The position numbers were made by a program, and so were the translations under genes. Under the pieces are notes generated by a model, which was not told where the DNA came from, made no database searches, and was given only the letters and a program-made list of their open reading frames with translations. DNA of 62,622 nt, filler included. It is 4 parts of 4 records of this genome, joined end to end, with 100 filler letters (N's around TTAATTAATTAA, not from the genome) between each part and the next. Parts side by side here need not be neighbours in the genome. Positions count along the whole stretch, not along the records: positions 20,343 to 34,220 come from SRR16203515_302; positions 34,321 to 41,200 come from SRR16203515_311; 2 more parts are not named here. One strand, written 5' to 3'. Positions 30,307 to 40,221 of this stretch are shown here, in pieces; position 1 is the first letter of the stretch, and each line of letters starts with the position of its first letter.

Positions 30307-30783
30307 ATGGAAAAGGTCGCTATTTTTGTCGACATTCAAAATGTTTATTACACCGCCCGTCAAACTTACAAGAAAAACTTTGATTACAATCGGTTTTGGC
30401 GAAAAGCGACCGAGCACAGAGAAGTGGTATGCGCACATGCTTATGCCACTGATAGAGGGGATCAAAAGCAATTAGAGTTTCAAAATATTCTCCGTGCCAT
30501 AGGTTTTAACGTTAAACTCAAACCCTTTATTCAGCGGGCGGATGGGTCGGCGAAGGGCGACTGGGATGTAGGCATTACCATAGATGTGATGGATACCGCC
30601 TCAGAAGCCGACGTGATTATTCTTGTTTCCGGCGATGGTGACTTCGACATACTCGTGAATAAATTAGTGCAAGAGAAGGGCAAGCGGGTGGAAGTGTATG
30701 GGGTACCAGCACTAACTGCTAATTCACTGATAAACGCCGCGTCGGCCTATTATCCTATTGATGATTCTTTGTTGCTAAAATGA
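30307..30783 (+). CDS. NYN-domain (LabA/DUF88) protein
   Basis: VAIFVDIQN, KGDWDVGITID and LVSGDGDF acidic residues of PIN-like fold. Confidence 0.9.
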   Translation: MEKVAIFVDIQNVYYTARQTYKKNFDYNRFWRKATEHREVVCAHAYATDRGDQKQLEFQNILRAIGFNVKLKPFIQRADGSAKGDWDVGITIDVMDTASEADVIILVSGDGDFDILVNKLVQEKGKRVEVYGVPALTANSLINAASAYYPIDDSLLLK

Positions 30784-30937
30784 TGCATTTATAAAACTCG
30801 CCGTTTGCGTAAAAATAACATATACCTTCACAACATTGGTCGCGTTTTCGACAGCAAAAAGGTTTGTGTCTACCTTCACTTTGGTTTAGCGTTTCAGCAT
30901 CTAGGGTAGTCATAAAAAAACAGTAGGAAACAGGAAA

Positions 30938-31183
30938 ATGAATGTCAGAAGGTTAGCATTGCTCGCAGTTTACATAGTGGCAAGTACAGGTTGTGTTTAC
31001 CACATTGATGATCACGACGTTACGCGCAGCGCTAACACGGAAGCGCCTAAATACGGTTCACTATGTCGTTATAGCGCAGACGGCGACTATGGTTCCTGTC
31101 GTGTTGCCAATCAAGATATTGTAGGTATGCCATGTACCTGCACAAGCCCTAATGGCCAGCAAAACGGTACTATAAGTCGCTAG
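30938..31183 (+). CDS. small Cys-rich lipoprotein
   Basis: RBS, lipobox-like STGC, four further Cys (including C-x-C). Confidence 0.6.
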   Translation: MNVRRLALLAVYIVASTGCVYHIDDHDVTRSANTEAPKYGSLCRYSADGDYGSCRVANQDIVGMPCTCTSPNGQQNGTISR

Positions 31184-31227
31184 TAATCGCTAAGCTTTCT
31201 TCTTAATTACTGATTAGGTCATGAATA

Positions 31228-31548
31228 ATGGGCTTTTTTAGCACACTTAAACGTCGCTACACTGCACGTAAATTCAGTCAAAACGACTGGCGTATAATTC
31301 AACATATTCCATTTGCTACCTTCGAACGCTTTATTGCCAACCGAGTTGAAAGTGGTTGGGAAATAGCCAGTGACTTTCATGCTCTTGAGAGCGACACACC
31401 AAAATGGCATTGTAAACTACGAAAGGGCAGTGGCGTACTAATCTGTAAGTGGCGGGCAAGTGAACAGGGTGAAATTGTTGGTGCAGCGCGGATGGTAAAT
31501 GGTGTGGGCAGTGAGTTAGCTATGCCAGTTTTTGAGCAGCCACAATAG
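31228..31548 (+). CDS. hypothetical protein
   Basis: 106-aa ORF with plausible composition. Confidence 0.5.
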   Translation: MGFFSTLKRRYTARKFSQNDWRIIQHIPFATFERFIANRVESGWEIASDFHALESDTPKWHCKLRKGSGVLICKWRASEQGEIVGAARMVNGVGSELAMPVFEQPQ

Positions 31549-31609
31549 TGGTTTACTAACGTAGAACATTGTAGAGTTAATGCGCGTTATTTACCGAGCA
31601 ATAGCTAGG

Positions 31610-32146
31610 CTAGCGCATTTTAGTTGCACAGCATTGCTTAAATTTCTTACCACTATTGCATAGGCAGGGTAGATTTCTGCCGTACTTAAGTTTTCCGCAA
31701 TCGTTATGCAGTTGACCATCGTGATAGTACCAGCGCCCATTTTCTTGTAGGAAGTTTGACGTTTCGTGAAGCTGAAACAAACTCTTATTATCAAAGTAAT
31801 ACGCGGTAAATTCTACCGTCCCCGTATCTTCTATTGTGTCGGCTGCTTTATTTTCGGGTAAGGGGGCTTGCTTCGCCTGTTTACCTGGTGCCACCTGTAA
31901 CGCAAACCAGTTTGCTTCTCCTGCACTTTCCGCCAATTGCTCCACGCTTAGCGCTTGCTGCTTTTCGGGGCTGTATGTGGCTAAAACATAGCTAAAGTTA
32001 CCCGTAGCATATGCCGAAAAACGACTGCGCATCAGTTGCTCAGGGGTAGTCGGTAGTTTACTGCCCGTTAAAAACGGCTCGCAACATGCCGAAAAGGGTA
32101 ACGAAGAACAACAATAGCAGCGCATAAATGAAGACCTGATTAACAC
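31610..32146 (-). CDS. ychJ: YchJ family (SEC-C motif) protein
   Basis: CC.P, EQLMRSRFSAY, GTVEF.A, HETS.F...GRWYY.DG and GRN.PC.C.SGKKFK.CC. Confidence 0.9.
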   Translation of the reverse strand: MLIRSSFMRCYCCSSLPFSACCEPFLTGSKLPTTPEQLMRSRFSAYATGNFSYVLATYSPEKQQALSVEQLAESAGEANWFALQVAPGKQAKQAPLPENKAADTIEDTGTVEFTAYYFDNKSLFQLHETSNFLQENGRWYYHDGQLHNDCGKLKYGRNLPCLCNSGKKFKQCCATKMR

Positions 32147-32183
32147 GATTAAGGCCGGCTATGCTAGCGAGAAACCATCGAAA

Positions 32184-32576
32184 TTACCACGGCCCAATGG
32201 CGACTTTTGTGCTTTCAGATTCAATACGGACATTAATTAAAGAAACTGAATATAGGGTACACAGCTTCCGTATCATTTCACTGTCGGTGGGTTGGAGATC
32301 GAGGTCGATATTTTCAACATATAGGGTTTTACACTGGCCACCCGTAATTAACTTGCTGATCCACTCTGGGATCTTCTCTTTTTCTGGCTTTTGAATACGA
32401 ATGGCATGGTGAACGTCTTTTTTAAAAGAGACAGAGTCAGACAATAAATAGCTCCAACCTTTCCCTGCATTACCATTTCCTTCTCCAGGGTAGCCTTCAA
32501 ATGGTAAGGGCAGTTGCACCACATTAGCAGCACGAGCACGTAATGCGTTAAGTCTGTCAAGCGATGAAATATTCAT
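32184..32576 (-). CDS. SOS-regulated SulA/ImuA-like protein
   Basis: AGAGG RBS before the ATG at 32576; LexA boxes upstream; segment EWISKLITGGQCKTLYV weakly resembles the SulA core. Confidence 0.55.
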   Translation of the reverse strand: MNISSLDRLNALRARAANVVQLPLPFEGYPGEGNGNAGKGWSYLLSDSVSFKKDVHHAIRIQKPEKEKIPEWISKLITGGQCKTLYVENIDLDLQPTDSEMIRKLCTLYSVSLINVRIESESTKVAIGPW

Positions 32577-32616
32577 TGTTATGCCTCTTTTCTGTTTCAA
32601 CATAAAGTACAAGTAA

Positions 32617-32649
32617 CTGTTTAACTATACAGTGTGTATGTTTATACAG
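32617..32649. promoter_or_regulatory. tandem LexA (SOS) boxes
   Basis: CTGtttaactataCAG (32617-32632, perfect CTG-N10-CAG) and GTGtatgtttataCAG (32634-32649). Confidence 0.85.
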
Positions 32650-32813
32650 TAGTTTTAGTTGATTCATATTGCAAGCATAAATTGTGTTTTTTTCACACAG
32701 CCCTTAACGCTGTTTGCTACCATTGTTCGCTCAGTAATAGCTAACTATTTATTTTTCCTAGTATTTGCGTAGTATTAACCGACTTCAAAAAAGCCTGTCT
32801 TAACAACAAAAAA

Positions 32814-33254
32814 GTGAGTGGTGTGTCTTTATTTATCGAGTGGGGATACTGGGGGATGTTTTTGGCTGCCATGCTGGCCGCCACTATATTGCCCTTTAGT
32901 TCAGAGGTGGTGTTGGCAGGGCTACTCACTGCCGACTTGGTACCTGTTCGTTTATTACTTTTTGCCAGTGTGGGTAATATTTTAGGCGCAGTGGTCAACT
33001 ACGTTTTAGGATACCGCTACGGTAAAGCCGTGGCTTTGTCAGTACTGCGCATGTCAGACAAACAGTTTCAGCGCAGCCAGCACATGTTTGAAAGGTGGGG
33101 AAAATGGAGCTTGTTACTATGCTGGGTGCCTGTTATTGGCGACCCGCTCACCTTACTGTGTGGGGTATTACGTACCAATAAAACGTTCTTTATCTGTGTG
33201 GTAAGCATAGCGAAAACTCTTCGTTATGCCGCCATTATCTACTGGCTCGTGTAA
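32814..33254 (+). CDS. YqaA/DedA-family membrane protein
   Basis: AATILPFSSE, GNILG and W.PVIGDPL. Confidence 0.88.
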   Translation: MSGVSLFIEWGYWGMFLAAMLAATILPFSSEVVLAGLLTADLVPVRLLLFASVGNILGAVVNYVLGYRYGKAVALSVLRMSDKQFQRSQHMFERWGKWSLLLCWVPVIGDPLTLLCGVLRTNKTFFICVVSIAKTLRYAAIIYWLV

Positions 33255-33306
33255 CGCAGTGTTACTACTAGGCCGAGCCGGGCACACTATTATTGACCAC
33301 TTTTAT

Positions 33307-33948
33307 TTAGGCAGAGCGTTTCCTACGTCGCCATGTAAATAGCCGCTTCTCATGCATACGACTGGCGATGATGATAACCGCCACTACCCAATAAAAGATT
33401 GGCTCTTGCCATAGTGTCTTTTGCGACCACGTAAAGTGTAGCAAGGTTAGCGGTAAGATTAAGTAAATTAGGTTATGAAGACGTTGCCAATTTCTCCCCA
33501 TTTTACGCCGAATGGCTTGAAACGAGGTAACAGTGAGCGAAAACAATAGTACCAGCGCCAGTAATCCCACCATAATGTAGGGACGTTTGGTTAACTCACT
33601 GGCTACCAAAGCCATATCAAGTTGAAGTTCAAACAATATATAGGTGGCAAAATGGGCCAATGCGTAAACAAACACATATATCCCTAACATGCGCCTAAAT
33701 TTAATAGGCTCTGGACTTGGCAACTGCTTGGCGAGGGGGCTTAGCAAAAGAGTTAGTATAAGCAGGTGAATAGCCCATATACCGGTTTCATTGAGTAGGG
33801 TTTCCACCGGATCAGGGCCTAAGCTACCGTTAATGCCTGCGTAAAAAAGCACCACTAAATAGCCACTCGCCATAAAGTGTATAAGCCCCTTTATCGAGCG
33901 ACGGGTCAGCGAGTTTAAGCGAATGGGTGGTTTACGGCGTGCTGTCAT
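33307..33948 (-). CDS. msrQ: protein-methionine-sulfoxide reductase heme-binding subunit
   Basis: RRMLG..Y...H, KRPYI.VG and W..LH.L.Y...H. Confidence 0.9.
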   Translation of the reverse strand: MTARRKPPIRLNSLTRRSIKGLIHFMASGYLVVLFYAGINGSLGPDPVETLLNETGIWAIHLLILTLLLSPLAKQLPSPEPIKFRRMLGIYVFVYALAHFATYILFELQLDMALVASELTKRPYIMVGLLALVLLFSLTVTSFQAIRRKMGRNWQRLHNLIYLILPLTLLHFTWSQKTLWQEPIFYWVVAVIIIASRMHEKRLFTWRRRKRSA

Positions 33949-34220
33949 TAGTAAAAACGTGTGAGGTCCATATTCTTGTACAAGGGCGCCACTTCGCTGT
34001 AGCCATTGAACATTTGTGTGGCAATGCGGTTTCTTGCCAGTAAACCACCGGTAGTGATACGCCGCTCACTTGCCTGACTCCAGCGTGGGTGGGCTACAGC
34101 GGGGTTCACATTGGCGTAAAAACCATACTCACTTGCCGCTAACCGATTCCATGTGGTGGGGGGCTGCTTGTCAGTAAGGCGAATGCGCACAATCGATTTA
34201 ATGCTTTTAAAACCATATTT
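33948..34220 (-). CDS. msrP: protein-methionine-sulfoxide reductase catalytic subunit (3' fragment)
   Basis: [23 protein letters not shown] and FNGY.EVA.LY. Confidence 0.92.
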   Translation of the reverse strand, partial: KYGFKSIKSIVRIRLTDKQPPTTWNRLAASEYGFYANVNPAVAHPRWSQASERRITTGGLLARNRIATQMFNGYSEVAPLYKNMDLTRFY

Positions 34221-34320
34221 NNNNNNNNNNNNNNNNNNNNNNNNNNNNNNNNNNNNNNNNNNNNTTAATTAATTAANNNNNNNNNNNNNNNNNNNNNNNN
34301 NNNNNNNNNNNNNNNNNNNN
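34221..34320. other. artificial contig linker
   Basis: 44 N + TTAATTAATTAA + 44 N; abrupt shift to AT-rich sequence. Confidence 0.97.
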
Positions 34321-34322
34321 CT

Positions 34323-34517
34323 TTAGAAGTTTCTGAGATTTATTATGATTATAAAATAGAAAAAATACCTCAAGCAAATATTGATCTTAGGTTTGACACA
34401 ATTATGGAAGACTTAGATATTCCAGTTATGGGTAAACATGATGCCTATAATGATGCTTTAATGACTTCTTTAATTTTTATTAAGTTAAAAAACTTACCAA
34501 AAGTAAAAATAAAGTAG
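34323..34517 (+). CDS. DEDDh 3'-5' exonuclease, C-terminal fragment
   Basis: Manual translation EVSEIYY...IDLRFDTIMEDLDIP...HDAYNDALMT contains the Exo III H..D motif. Confidence 0.75.
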   Translation, partial: LEVSEIYYDYKIEKIPQANIDLRFDTIMEDLDIPVMGKHDAYNDALMTSLIFIKLKNLPKVKIK

Positions 34518-34598
34518 TTTTATTGATCCATGTCATTTGTTTGACATAAATATGACATATAATGTCGATAAAATAAAAAAAATATAAGGATTTATTGA

Positions 34599-35786
34599 AT
34601 GTTAGTATTTATTTTAAATGCAGGTAGTTCATCATTAAAGTATCAATTAATGAACCCTGAAACTACAGAAGTTTTAGCTTCTGGACTTTGTGAAAGAATT
34701 GGTATTGATGGAAGATTAGTACATGAAGCCCATGATCAGAAAACAAAAAAAGATTTAGATATGCCTACACATAAAGAGGCAATTGAGATTGTTTTAGATG
34801 TTTTAACACAAGGTGAAAATAAAGTTATAAACTCAATTGAAGATATTGACTCAATTGGACATAGAGTTGTTCATGGTGGAGAGTACTTCTCTACTTCAGT
34901 TCTTATTGATGAAGATGTTATTTCAAAATTAAAAGAATTAATTCCTTTAGCACCATTACATAACCCAGCTCATATTATTGGGATTGAAATTTGTAAAGAA
35001 TTAATGCCTACAAAACCAAATGTAGCAGTATTCGATACAGCATTTCACCAAACTATGCCAGCTAGTTCATTTATGTATGCAGTACCATATGAAGATTATA
35101 AAGAACATAAAGTTAGAAAGTATGGATTCCATGGAACTTCTCACTTCTATGTATCAGATCAAGCAAAACAAATGTTAAATAAAGATGATTCAAAAGTTAT
35201 CGTTTGTCACTTAGGAAATGGTTCTTCAATTTGTGCAGTTAGAGATGGAAAATCAATTGATACTTCAATGGGTCTTACTCCACTTGAAGGTTTAATGATG
35301 GGTACTAGATCAGGAGATTTAGATCCAGCTGTTATTTCTTACTTAATGGAAAGAAAAAACATGAATGCAAATGAAATGACTAACTACTTAAATAAAAAGT
35401 CTGGTTTACTTGGAGTTTCAGGAATTTCATCTGATTTAAGAGAAATTATTGAGGCTGCTGCAAATGGTGATGAAAGAGCTAATACAACAATTGATATGAA
35501 ATGTAATAGAATTAAAAAATACATTTGTTCATATGCAGGAATGCTTGAAGGTGTAGATGCAATTTGTTTCACTGCTGGAATTGGTGAAAATGCAGATTTA
35601 ATTAGGCAAAGAGTTTGTTCTGGTTTAGAATTTATGGGAGTTGAAATTGACAATGAAAAAAATCAAGTAAGAAACGATCAAAATAGAGAAATCAATAAAG
35701 AAACATCTAAGACAAAAATCTTTGTAATTCCTACTAATGAAGAATTAGTAATTGCTAAAGATACTTACAATTTAACAAAAGCGTAA
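34599..35786 (+). CDS. ackA: acetate kinase (copy 1)
   Basis: LNAGSSSLK, GHRVVHGG, DTAFH, YGFHGTSH, CHLGNG and PTNEE. Confidence 0.96.
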   Translation: MLVFILNAGSSSLKYQLMNPETTEVLASGLCERIGIDGRLVHEAHDQKTKKDLDMPTHKEAIEIVLDVLTQGENKVINSIEDIDSIGHRVVHGGEYFSTSVLIDEDVISKLKELIPLAPLHNPAHIIGIEICKELMPTKPNVAVFDTAFHQTMPASSFMYAVPYEDYKEHKVRKYGFHGTSHFYVSDQAKQMLNKDDSKVIVCHLGNGSSICAVRDGKSIDTSMGLTPLEGLMMGTRSGDLDPAVISYLMERKNMNANEMTNYLNKKSGLLGVSGISSDLREIIEAAANGDERANTTIDMKCNRIKKYICSYAGMLEGVDAICFTAGIGENADLIRQRVCSGLEFMGVEIDNEKNQVRNDQNREINKETSKTKIFVIPTNEELVIAKDTYNLTKA

Positions 35787-36069
35787 CAGCTTTTGTTAAT
35801 AGAAATCAATAACGCTTAAATTTTAAACATTACGTACAACTTTAGTACATTATTACCTTGACAATATCCCCTAAAACCCTATAAACACCCTATTTTATTA
35901 CAATTATGCACATTTTAAATATTTTGTAAATTTAATGTATATTTTATGTACTTTTCGAAAAATATAATATACAATATAACTTGAATAAGATTATAAACCT
36001 ATGCTACTTATATGCTACGGTTTTGAATTATAATCTTTCACAAGTTTTAAACTAGAAAGGATAACTTAA

Positions 36070-37065
36070 ATGGGTTTAATTGAAAGCATTAAAGAAAAAG
36101 CAAAATTACAGTTAAGAACAATTGTTCTTCCAGAGTCTGAAGATGAGAGAGTATTAAAAGCTGCTCAACAAGTTTTAGATGAGAAAACAGCAAATGTTGT
36201 ATTAATTGGAAATGAAGAAACTATTAAAGCTGATGCAGCAGCTTGTGGTGCATTTATTGATGGAGCAACAATTATTGATCCTAAGAAATTTGATAAGATT
36301 GATACATATATAGATGAATTAGTTGAATTAAGAAAGAAAAAAGGTTTATCTAGAGAAGAAGCTACTGAAATCATGACTACTGAGCCAAGATTCTTTGGTT
36401 GTATGATGGTAAGACTTGGAGATGCAGACGGTTTAGTTGCAGGTTCTAATTCACCAACTGCTGATGTATTAAAAGCAGCAATTCATGTAATCAAAACAGC
36501 TCCTGGTATTAACACAGTATCATCTGCGTTTATTATGGAAACAGCTGACGGTAAATTTGGAGACAATGGTCTTATTTTATTTGCAGATTGTGCAGTAATT
36601 CCTGAGCCTAATGCTGAGCAATTAGCAGATATCGCTTGTGCAACAGCAGCAACAGCTAGTTCAGTGGTTGGACTTGATCCTAGAGTTGCTATGTTATCTT
36701 TCTCAACAAAAGGAAGTGCTAAGCACCCATTAGTTGATAAAGTACAATATGCAGTTGATTTATTAGAAGAAAGAAATGTTGATTTCTCTTTTGATGGTGA
36801 AATGCAAGCAGATGCAGCAATCGTTGAAGCAATTGGAGCTAAAAAAGCACCAGGTTCAGAAGTAGCTGGAAAAGCAAATGTATTAGTATTCCCTGACTTA
36901 CAGTCTGGAAATATTGGATATAAATTAGTACAAAGATTCGCAGGAGCACAAGCTCATGGACCAGTTGTTCAAGGTTTAGCAAAACCAGTTAATGACTTAT
37001 CTAGAGGATGTTCAGTAGAAGATATCGCAAATTTAGTTGCAATTACAGCAACTCAAATCAAATAA
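36070..37065 (+). CDS. pta: phosphate acetyltransferase (short, catalytic-only form)
   Basis: IVLPE..D.R, FADCAV.P.P, MLSFSTKGS, GNIGYK and DLSRG. Confidence 0.96.
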   Translation: MGLIESIKEKAKLQLRTIVLPESEDERVLKAAQQVLDEKTANVVLIGNEETIKADAAACGAFIDGATIIDPKKFDKIDTYIDELVELRKKKGLSREEATEIMTTEPRFFGCMMVRLGDADGLVAGSNSPTADVLKAAIHVIKTAPGINTVSSAFIMETADGKFGDNGLILFADCAVIPEPNAEQLADIACATAATASSVVGLDPRVAMLSFSTKGSAKHPLVDKVQYAVDLLEERNVDFSFDGEMQADAAIVEAIGAKKAPGSEVAGKANVLVFPDLQSGNIGYKLVQRFAGAQAHGPVVQGLAKPVNDLSRGCSVEDIANLVAITATQIK

Positions 37066-37099
37066 TTTTAATTTAAACTAAACAAAAGGAAGCAGAAGT

Positions 37100-38302
37100 A
37101 TGTTAGTATTTATTTTAAACGCAGGAAGTTCATCATTAAAGTATCAATTAATGAATCCAGTAAACAAGGAAGTTTTAGCAGTAGGACTATGTGAAAGAAT
37201 CGGAATTGATGGTGTTTTAAAACACGAATTTGGTGAAGATCAAAAAGTTAAATTAGAAGTTTCTATGCCATCTCACAAAGAAGCAATTGAGTTAGTATTA
37301 AAAACATTAACTGAAGGTGAAGGTAAAGTTATTAACTCTATTGATGATATTGAAGCAATCGGACATAGAGCAGTACATGGTGGGGAAGACTTTGCTGGTT
37401 CTGTTATGGTTACAGATAAAGTAATTGATAAAATGAAAGAATTAATTCCTTTAGCTCCATTACATAACCCAGCAAACATTATGGGTATGGAAATCTGTGC
37501 ACAATTAATGCCAGGTAAACCAAATGTAGCTGTATTTGATACTGCATTCCACCAAACTATGCCTGATTACGCATATATGTATCCACTTCCTTATGATCAA
37601 TACACTAAAAATGGTGTTAGAAAATATGGATTCCATGGTACATCTCACTACTTCGTATCAAATGAAGCTAGAAATATGTTAGATAAAAAACATAATACTA
37701 GAGTTATTGTTTGTCACTTAGGAAATGGTTCTTCTGTTTCTGCTATCTTTGATGGTAAATGTATTGATACTTCAATGGGTCTTACTCCAGTTCAAGGTTT
37801 AATGATGGGAACTAGATCTGGTGATATTGGTGCAGGTGCTATTCAATACATGATGGATACTGAAAAATGGGATATCCAAGAAATGTTAAACGTACTTAAC
37901 AAAAAATCAGGTATCGTTGGTATTTCTGGAAAATCTTCTGACTTAAGAGAAGTTCTTGAAGGTATGGAAGATGGTGATGATAGATGTAGATTAACTGTTG
38001 ATATGATTGCTTACATTATTAAAAAATATGTTGGATCTTATGCTGCTGCACTTGATGGTGTTGATGCATTATGTTTCACAGGTGGTATTGGTGAAAATGC
38101 TGCATTAATCAGAGAAAAAGTTTGTGCTGGTTTAGATTACATGGGATTAAATATTGACCCAACTAAAAATAACAAAAGATCTGGTGAAGCTAGAGATATT
38201 TCTACTAATGGTTCATCTGGTAGAATTTTTGTTATTCCTACAAATGAAGAGTACGTTATTGCTAACGATACTTACAAAATCGTTTCTGGAATTTCTGAGT
38301 AA
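37100..38302 (+). CDS. ackA: acetate kinase (copy 2)
   Basis: Same acetate kinase motifs as copy 1. Confidence 0.96.
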   Translation: MLVFILNAGSSSLKYQLMNPVNKEVLAVGLCERIGIDGVLKHEFGEDQKVKLEVSMPSHKEAIELVLKTLTEGEGKVINSIDDIEAIGHRAVHGGEDFAGSVMVTDKVIDKMKELIPLAPLHNPANIMGMEICAQLMPGKPNVAVFDTAFHQTMPDYAYMYPLPYDQYTKNGVRKYGFHGTSHYFVSNEARNMLDKKHNTRVIVCHLGNGSSVSAIFDGKCIDTSMGLTPVQGLMMGTRSGDIGAGAIQYMMDTEKWDIQEMLNVLNKKSGIVGISGKSSDLREVLEGMEDGDDRCRLTVDMIAYIIKKYVGSYAAALDGVDALCFTGGIGENAALIREKVCAGLDYMGLNIDPTKNNKRSGEARDISTNGSSGRIFVIPTNEEYVIANDTYKIVSGISE

Positions 38303-38317
38303 TATTTACTACATAAT

Positions 38318-38352
38318 AAAAAGGGGAAGACTTAAATGTCTTCCCCTTTTTT
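38318..38352. terminator. bidirectional terminator ackA/helicase
   Basis: aaaaaggggaagac-ttaaat-gtcttcccctttttt. Confidence 0.9.
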
Positions 38353-38370
38353 ATTTCTTATTTTGTATTT

Positions 38371-39798
38371 TTAGCTATTTCTTGAAGAAACTCTTCTTTG
38401 AGATTCACTAGAAATTCTTCTATTTCTAGGTTTTGCTTTTTCTTTTTTTAGCTCTTTTTCCCAAGTTTCAATTAAAGATTTATTTTCACTTTTTTTATCA
38501 AATCTTTTTTTATTATCTTTTGCAGATTTATTTCTAGGGTTTTTATCATCTTTTCTATCTGTTCTTTTTTCTCTTTTATTCTCTTTTGGTTTAGAGTTTC
38601 TATTTGAGTTTCTAGAATTATTGTTTTTGTTACTAGTATCTTTTTTAACTTTAGTTAATTTTGACACTGTATATCCATCAATAGATACTACGTCTAAATC
38701 TTTTTTAATTAACTTCTCAATATCTCTTAAATATTCAAACTCTTCATTACAAACTAAAGACATAGCAATTCCAACATTACCAGCTCTTCCAGTTCTACCA
38801 ATTCTGTGAACATAATCTTCTGGAACATTTGGTAACTCGTAATTAATTACATTTGGTAAAAGTTCAATATCAATACCACGAGCCGCAATATCAGTTGCTA
38901 CTAAAACTCTAATTTCATTTGATTTAAAATCAGCTAATGCTTTTGTTCTTGCACCTTGTGATTTACTACCATGAATAGCAGCAGCTGAGATATTATAATT
39001 TTTTAAATAATCAGTTAATCTATTTGCACCATGTTTAGTACGAGTAAATACTAATACTTGTGATAAATTATTTTCTTTAATTATGTGACATAATAAATTT
39101 CTTTTCTGATCTTTTTTCACATAATGAACAATTTGTTCAACTTGAGCTGAAGATGTATTTCTTCTAGCTACTTCAATTATTTTTGGATTATTTAAAAATC
39201 CACCTGCTAGTTTTTTAATTTCATCAGAAAAAGTAGCAGAGAATAGAAGATTTTGTCTGTGAGATGGAAGATTTGATATTACTTTTTTAATATCATGAAT
39301 AAATCCCATATCTAACATTCTATCTGCTTCATCAAGAACTAAAAATTCAACTCTTGATAAATCTATAGAGTTTTGTGATACGTGATCTAATAATCTTCCA
39401 GGAGTAGCAATAACAATATCTACACCTTTTCTTAATTGTGCTTTTTGAGGGTTGATTCCAACTCCTCCAAATATCACTGAAGTTTTAATAGGAAGATATT
39501 GACTATATTCCTCTACATTTTGGGCAACTTGAGAAGCTAACTCTCTTGTTGGTGTTAAAATTAAAGCTCTTACATAAGGTTTTTTACCTTTTTTAGGAGA
39601 TTTTGAACTAAGTAAGTTTAACATTGGTAGTGTAAAACCTGCTGTTTTTCCTGTTCCTGTTTGAGCTGCTGCTAAAACGTCTTCTTTTTGTAGAATAACT
39701 GGAATAGCTTGTTTTTGTATTGGTGTAGGTTCTGTATATCCTTGCTCTTTAATAGCTTTTAAGATATCACTATTTAAACCTAATTGTGTAAATGACAT
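38371..39798 (-). CDS. rhlE: DEAD-box RNA helicase (RhlE-like)
   Basis: Q motif, [31 protein letters not shown], basic tail. Confidence 0.92.
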   Translation of the reverse strand: MSFTQLGLNSDILKAIKEQGYTEPTPIQKQAIPVILQKEDVLAAAQTGTGKTAGFTLPMLNLLSSKSPKKGKKPYVRALILTPTRELASQVAQNVEEYSQYLPIKTSVIFGGVGINPQKAQLRKGVDIVIATPGRLLDHVSQNSIDLSRVEFLVLDEADRMLDMGFIHDIKKVISNLPSHRQNLLFSATFSDEIKKLAGGFLNNPKIIEVARRNTSSAQVEQIVHYVKKDQKRNLLCHIIKENNLSQVLVFTRTKHGANRLTDYLKNYNISAAAIHGSKSQGARTKALADFKSNEIRVLVATDIAARGIDIELLPNVINYELPNVPEDYVHRIGRTGRAGNVGIAMSLVCNEEFEYLRDIEKLIKKDLDVVSIDGYTVSKLTKVKKDTSNKNNNSRNSNRNSKPKENKREKRTDRKDDKNPRNKSAKDNKKRFDKKSENKSLIETWEKELKKEKAKPRNRRISSESQRRVSSRNS

Positions 39799-39950
39799 TA
39801 ATTACCTTTTGTTTACTATAGTAATTTATAAAAAAGATCTTTTTGATTAATGAAACTATGAAATTGTTATAGTTTTCGAAATGAAGAAAATGTAGTTTAT
39901 TACTATGATTTTCGGGAGTATATCACAATAATGTGTAATTTAACAAATAT

Positions 39951-40112
39951 TTAAGAATTTATATTCTTTTTTAATATATATCTTTTTAGCTTTTTTTTGT
40001 TTTTTTTAGATTGTTTTTTAAATTTGATAAGTTTTGTTTTAACACTAGAAATACTTTGTACTTTTGTATTTAAGTATTTTTCTAATTCATAATCATTGCT
40101 AACGAGGGTCAT
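39951..40112 (-). CDS. small 53-aa Lys-rich hypothetical protein
   Basis: AAGG RBS, ATG at 40112, open frame MTLVSNDYELEKYLN...KKNINS. Confidence 0.4.
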   Translation of the reverse strand: MTLVSNDYELEKYLNTKVQSISSVKTKLIKFKKQSKKNKKKLKRYILKKNINS

Positions 40113-40221
40113 TTAAAGCCTTTAGAATATATAGATAAATATACACTATGTTTTTAAATGGAAAGTAAGTCTTATGTAAATGAAAGTAAATATAAAAGTA
40201 AAGAAAAATCTTTACTTTTAA

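Noticed and set aside
30307-30783. NYN protein as an anti-phage or toxin system
   Set aside because: Stand-alone, widespread LabA/DUF88 type with no partner or defence context here.
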